Of a stretch of DNA of 52,766 nucleotides, positions 47,246 to 52,766 are shown one piece after another. Position numbers and translations under genes: made by a program. A model generated the notes under the pieces. It was not told the DNA's origin and did no database searches. It saw nothing but the letters and a program-made list of their open reading frames with translations. How positions within the stretch are numbered: the first letter of the stretch is position 1; every line of letters begins with the position of its first letter. Source of the stretch: Asterionella formosa (Eukaryota); assembly GCA_002256025.1 (NCBI GenBank), contig NKIB01013718.1, positions 1 to 52,766 on the forward strand, written 5' to 3'.

Positions 47246-48469
47246 AATTCACTTTGAATACAAAAAGATTTATATTACAATTAAAAATGTTGATGGTTAT
47301 TATCTACTATTTGTCCTTGTTTTGAATCCACAAGTGCTCAATCACTGGGACTTGAGTATACATGATGTATTCTCAAGTCTCAGTGGTCCCATTGATGAAG
47401 GATTTCAACGTACAAAGCATCAAGACTAGCTCCTTTCGTGTATTTCTAACAGTTTGACGTTTTGAGTCTTCCGACAAAGTTGAGATTCATGGAAGCTCAG
47501 TTAAAGCTCTGTTGATTGCCGTGATTTAATTGGTTGGAAGACTGTCTTCTTCAGGATAGTTTTCAGTTTAAACATCAGTGGATGTGCTAATTCTTGACAA
47601 AAACATTCAGAATGTTTTTCAATGGACTTCGTATCCTGTCTCAAGGCCAGGAATAGACTCCTCAAGATCTTGTATCATCGAACCAATCAAGAGACCTTGT
47701 CCCAGGAAGATTTGATGGTGATTGTAATTTGCTGTATGCCCAATTTGTGGCAGCAAGAGTTTGAATTGTACAAAGTAAGCAACACAGACCAATCGATTTG
47801 CTTGGTTGTGACTTGTTACTTCGAGAGTCAACAATCATTCAAAGATAGTCACAAGCACATCCACAAGCATGGGCTCTACAATAATGGTGTCAATTTCTTA
47901 TACAAGATTGTCTTTATATAGTTGAAGGTGATCATGTGATGCACCGAGAAACCAAGTGTAACTGATGTCAATCTTTTGTTCATCGCTGAAGGCAATCAGC
48001 ATGTGATGCATCAAGAAAACAAGCATATCAGTCGAAAATTTGTACAAGATAATTTTACACTAAGTGGTTGTGGCAGCAGAGCACATGACACATGCAATAG
48101 TAATTGCAGCCAACCGTGCATGCAATTGTGAAACAACAGTCCAACATAAGGCCCCTCAATCTGTCATACTAACACTTACTAAGCAACCCATTTCCTGTTC
48201 TTCTTGTGTGGAGCAAATTATGATACTGACATGGTTAACCCTGTTCATGTTTTTGCCTGCACATCTGGTTAGGATCATACTGGTGTGCTGAGGCCATACC
48301 TGCTGACCTTTATGAATCTGCCCAGGAAATTTTTGTGGCCTCCTGACTGTTGGTCAACCAGTGGGGGCCTTTGTGCCTTAAAAACCAGCAGAATGATGAG
48401 CAGATCTCATACAATGTGTGGTGACAATAGTGATGCTAGTATAATTATTAAATATTTGACAAAACAAAT

Positions 48470-48671
48470 GCGGAATAGCTTTGTTGGTTCTTAGCTCAAC
48501 TTCGATGGTGGCAGGTTCAATTCCCACATTCACCACTTGCTTTGTTTATATAGTCCTTTGGGTTACAGGTGGTGTGACAGACAACAAGCAGGTCTAATGC
48601 TCTCCGGGGAGCCAATTGGTTTTGGGTGGCGAAGCAGACAACAAGCAGTTCTAAGGCCCTCTGGAGGCCAA
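48470..48671 (+). mobile_element. Second tRNA-headed SINE-like sequence with internal ~48-bp duplication
   Basis: GCGGAATAGCTTTGTTGG (A-box-like 48476-48487) and GGTTCAATTCC (B-box 48514-48524), ending near ACCA, with no intact anticodon arm. Direct repeat GGTGG...CAGACAACAAGCAG.TCTAA.GC.CTC.GG..GCCAA at 48568 and 48625. Confidence 0.4.
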
Positions 48672-49422
48672 GTGCACCTTCACAACCTCCAAAATTGTCA
48701 AGTTCTTTTACAATAGTAGCATACCACAAATATACTTAATAATTTTTTATATGTTGGAATATGTCTCACGACAGTCATCACCTGGATAACATTTGTTATT
48801 TACAGGATAGTTATAGTCTGGATACTAGTACCCTTTTTATAATTCGGAATGTTAAATTTGCATAGAAGGATTCAATATCATATTGTGCATGAAATCAATG
48901 CCCGATTCTGGTCTCATGTTTTTCTGCCTAAAACTACATTAGCCTCATTGAATTTAATTCCCATGTGATTAGGAACCCCAGGATTGGTGGATGCTGTCCT
49001 TATGCAAGAAACAATAACAGTTTTATTTGAATGTGGTGTGTCCCTGTCCTATACACATGGTACCTCAAGGTATTAGTTCACCAACTATCAAATTTTACAA
49101 ATAATATACTTCATGCATACTAGCAGGTTCCTTTTCTTCAAATGCCTTCAACATCCTGGAATCTGTTCAACAACCAGATATTGCTGCAGAGATATTGTGA
49201 CATCAGCATACATGGACTATGAGTTGGCAGTCAGCTCCAAATATTGCTTTCCTCTACCCCCAAGGTATTGTTCCTCCATCTATTCGATGTTTCATTTATG
49301 CTTCAACATGACTTGCTTTACCATATTTTCAGAATAAGGATATTTATAATCATGGCATTATTGTTGAAATATGACACACAAATGTGTTGTAAAGGACTCT
49401 TACTTTTATTTTAAACGTGGTT

Positions 49423-52231
49423 TTACAATTCATCCTTCTTGGAGGCAATCTTTTCTGCATTACTCAAGACTTCAGCATCAGCATCAGGGTGATAGTCAAA
49501 GTCCTTGGCAGTATTCCCTTGCTTATCCTTAAGGCTTGGGTCAGCACCCTTCTTGAGAAGTAGGTCAACCAAGGCAATGTGACTCTCCAATGCTTTTTGA
49601 ATGACAGGACCAGTACCACCATCATCAGTTTCCTGATCATCACCAATATACTGATCATAGCGCTCAAACAAAGTTTGCACTTGATTCTTACCATTGTAGG
49701 CAAACATGAGAGCAGTATGGCCATCACTGTTTTGCGCATTAATGTCGCATTTAGCATTTAAGAGAGATTGGACAACATCCTTTTGGCCTCGAGCAGCAGC
49801 AGCCATCAAAGCATTTGTGGCATCCTTGTCCTTGGCATTTACATCAGCTCCAGCTTTAATGAGCAAGTCAACAACTTCTTTGTGACCTTCAGAGCAAGCA
49901 GCAATCAAGGGAGTGACACCTTCTTCACTTGGTTCATCAATGTAGTTTCGTTCCTTTGTTTTGCTGTGCTTTTCCAAGAGAGCAGCAACAACCTCTGTCA
50001 TGCCGCGGTGAGAAGCTTGAAGCAGGGTAGTCACTCCCTTACTGTCTTTGTAGTATAAATCGGCTCCATTCTCTACTAGTAATAAGGCAAACTCAAGATT
50101 TTCTACCATGATGGCATCCATCAACAAATTGTGTACTTCACCATCTGCATCAACATACTTGGTATTGGGGTTGGCTCCACTTTTGACAAGAAGGGCTGAA
50201 ATTTTTCCGTAGTTACCTTTGACCGCCAACATCAAAGCGGTTCGATCTTCGTCGTCCTTCACATCGACATTGGCCCCAGCAGCCAAAAGAAGTTCGACAG
50301 TTGTCAAGTGTCCACTTTGGGCAGCAACGTGGAGGGCAGTGACACCGTCAACATGAGGGTCTTCATCGTCGACTTTTCCTCCTTCAATCAGCTTTGTAAG
50401 CTTTTCCATGTAATCAGAAGTGGCCTTCGCAATCGCGTTAATATCAGCACCAAGATCCATCAATTGCTTGGTGCAGTTGTAGTGACCCCCCGCAGCAGCA
50501 AACATGACTGATGATCCTCCTGAGAAGGAAAGCATATTGATGTGTTCCTTTAGTTCAGAATCAGTCATTGTTTCCTTGAGTTTGTCCAATATCAACGTCT
50601 GTCCCTCGAGGTGACCTTGGGAAGCGACAGCCATAAGAGGCGTGACACCATCATCATCACGGAAATTATATTCGGCACCAGCCTCAATCAAAATTCTGAT
50701 GGCTTCAACTCCACCAGCAGTGGCAGCTTCCAACAATGCAGTACCTCCATTGGTATGTTTGGCAGCAACATCAGTTCCCTTGGCAATCAAGACTTTCATA
50801 CATTCCAAATGTCCACTAGCAGCAGCATACATTAATGGTGTGACTTCGTTTATTGCATGTTTTGCATTCATATCTGCTCCTGCGTCAATCAAGTACTCCA
50901 CTGTGGTAGCATGTCCATGAGCAGCAGCAATAATCAAAGCATTGAAGCCCGTCTTGGAGAATGCATTGACATAGTCTTTATTAGTTGCTTCTACCAATAT
51001 TTGAACAGTTTCCTTTGACCCATTCTCGGCAGCATTCATCAATGCTGTCAATTGGTCGCCGTCAGTTGCGTAGGCATCTGCTCCATTTTCCAGTAACAAC
51101 TTGACTACTTCTGCATGTCCACCCACAGACGCCGTCATTAAGGCAGTAATTCCATCAACTCTGGTATTTGAAGCATCTGCTCCTTTTTGAAGGAGAAACT
51201 TGACAGTATCCAACTTTCCTTCCCCTGCTGCCAACCACATGGCAGTGACACCTGACTTAGCCATGGCATCAACTTCGGCTCCTTGTTCCACCAAGAATTC
51301 TGCAACTTTTGTATGTCCCATGACACCAGCTTCCATCAATGCAGTTATACCATCCTTGTCAGCGGCGTTGATATCTGCCCCTTCCTTATGCAAAAGCTTG
51401 ACAATTTCCAAGTCTCCGGACGAGGCAGCTGGAATGAAGGCAGTCAGTTCGTCCCAGTCTCTGATATTGACATCTATTCCTTCTTTGAGAAGAGCTTGAA
51501 TCGCTTTTTTGTCTCCATCACTTGCAGCTCCGATAAATCTGGCCGCGGGCGACGACATGGCAGTAATATCACTGGCCGATGCAAACTGCAGTTGAAGGGT
51601 CAATTGGGTCTTTTCGGCACTATCACACGGTGCCGTCTTGACTTCTTTGCCGACTCGGATCAAACAAGTATGACCATCAGCTGCCGTCAAGATGTAACCA
51701 TGTTCACTATCGCCTAAAATATTCCAGTCCTTGGCGCCACAGTGCGAGCACTTGGTAACAACTGTTGGCAAGATCTTGTCCTTGTCAGTGTCCTTGCACG
51801 ACTTCTTAGCCAAACAGACGCCATCTTCGTCCTGTTCAGCTTCCTGTGTTCTTTTTTTGATTTGATACGATCCTGGGAAATCGGCGTGATCGTGCGTGAT
51901 GGATAGATTTGGATTTGCGAAAGATTTGGTGGTCGCGTCGGAATTCGATATAAGTTAGTCAGCAATCTGTATAATAAACTAGCTGCATTGCATTGCATCA
52001 CTCAATACGGAAACAGCTACCGGTAAGGAACCAAGCATCGAGGGACTTACCTGGAGAGCCAACAACATACCACAGAGTATGAATTGAGCATCGTCGGAAA
52101 TCTTCTCCGGCCATACATAGCGAATCAGTCGCATCTTGAAGGAGGAATGGCGGTGGTGCCTTTTTGGTGGTCTCTGCTGCTGCGAAGGTCGTAGTAGCCA
52201 GCAGCAACAGAGTCGACGATAGAGCCTTCAT
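49423..52231 (-). CDS. Signal peptide + Cys-rich ricin-B/beta-trefoil-like domain + ~18 ankyrin repeats + C-terminal KDEL; 876 aa, exons 52231-52051 and 51872-49423
   Basis: Leader MKALSSTLLLLATTTFAAA. Phase-1 intron 51873-52050 (GTAAGT...CCCAG) gives WYVVGSPGSYQIKKR...VCLAKKSC. Repeated GxTALMxAAxxGHxxxVxxLLxxGAD units. Ends SKKDEL*. Confidence 0.9.
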
Positions 52232-52452
52232 GTTGTTGTTTTCTTACGGTTTTTGTCGACAAGCAATGAACGTATTGCGAAAAGTTCATCAGGTAACCAA
52301 CAACAAAAATGCACTCTTTCAATACTTTTTCGGAGGTGACATCCAGATGGCGACAACTGTTTGGGAATGTTCCACCTGGCATAACACATGCATGGTCTCC
52401 ACCAGGGTCAGCAAGCATGAGCGAGGGCAGCCAGAAGGCTATATAATATGTA

Positions 52453-52579
52453 GTACCTGGTACCTGGCACCAGGGACTGTAGCTAAGCCCGGGGTACCTG
52501 GTACCAGGTACCATGGTACCTGGTAGCTGGTACCCCCCGTGGTAGTCTACTGGTACCTGGTATCTACCAGGTACCAGGT
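52453..52579. repeat. Dense (TACCWGG)n/GGTACC cluster upstream of the ankyrin gene
   Basis: For example GGTACCTGGTACCAGGTACCATGGTACCTGGTA, plus flanking units. Confidence 0.8.
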
Positions 52580-52755
52580 GAGCGATCTTGCGCATCAATA
52601 CAGATGTATATAGGGTTAGTGTTATATCATGTATGTATAAGAACTCAATAATGAGAGAACTCGACTAACCCTCATTGTATACTTTGGTGTCGACTTGGAG
52701 AACGAGTTACACACAAGGATTAACAAATAAGCTCATATATTCAACAAATACTACT
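52575..52755 (+). repeat. Dispersed repeat, copy of 47070-47245 (may continue past window end)
   Basis: See 47070-47245. Confidence 0.8.
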
Positions 52756-52766
52756 ACTTCTAGTTA

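Noticed and set aside
45820..48060. Possible degraded coding or transposase fragments
   Set aside because: Translations contain many stops and only vague hAT-like hints. Not supportable.

Overview
Eukaryotic nuclear DNA, most consistent with a diatom or other stramenopile. This is inferred from the short 70-180 nt GT-AG introns, the FRDLK-type TKL kinase, and the Crypton, LINE and Plavaka-like relics. A compact gene block at about 3.5-35.1 kb encodes a YfcD-type Nudix + SDT1-type HAD nucleotidase fusion, an orphan ORF, NOT4, REV7, a GT31 glycosyltransferase, an RMP1/NEPRO-like protein, a signal-peptide-bearing Rid1-type protein and a 5-exon, ~5,500-aa VPS13. The VPS13 carries an FFAT motif, tandem PDZ-like domains and a DysF-like domain. 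Repeat-rich flanks hold a decayed Plavaka-like transposase, a LINE RT, a Crypton tyrosine recombinase, a 2.9-kb TIR element with a second copy's end at the window start, a kinase disrupted by two TAA stops and a frameshift, two tRNA-headed SINE-like sequences and several dispersed repeats. The last gene encodes an unusual protein with a signal peptide, a Cys-rich lectin-like domain, ~18 ankyrin repeats and a terminal KDEL. A TACC(A/T)GG/GGTACC heptamer motif clusters upstream of most genes. All family assignments come from manual motif recognition; no database searches were run.
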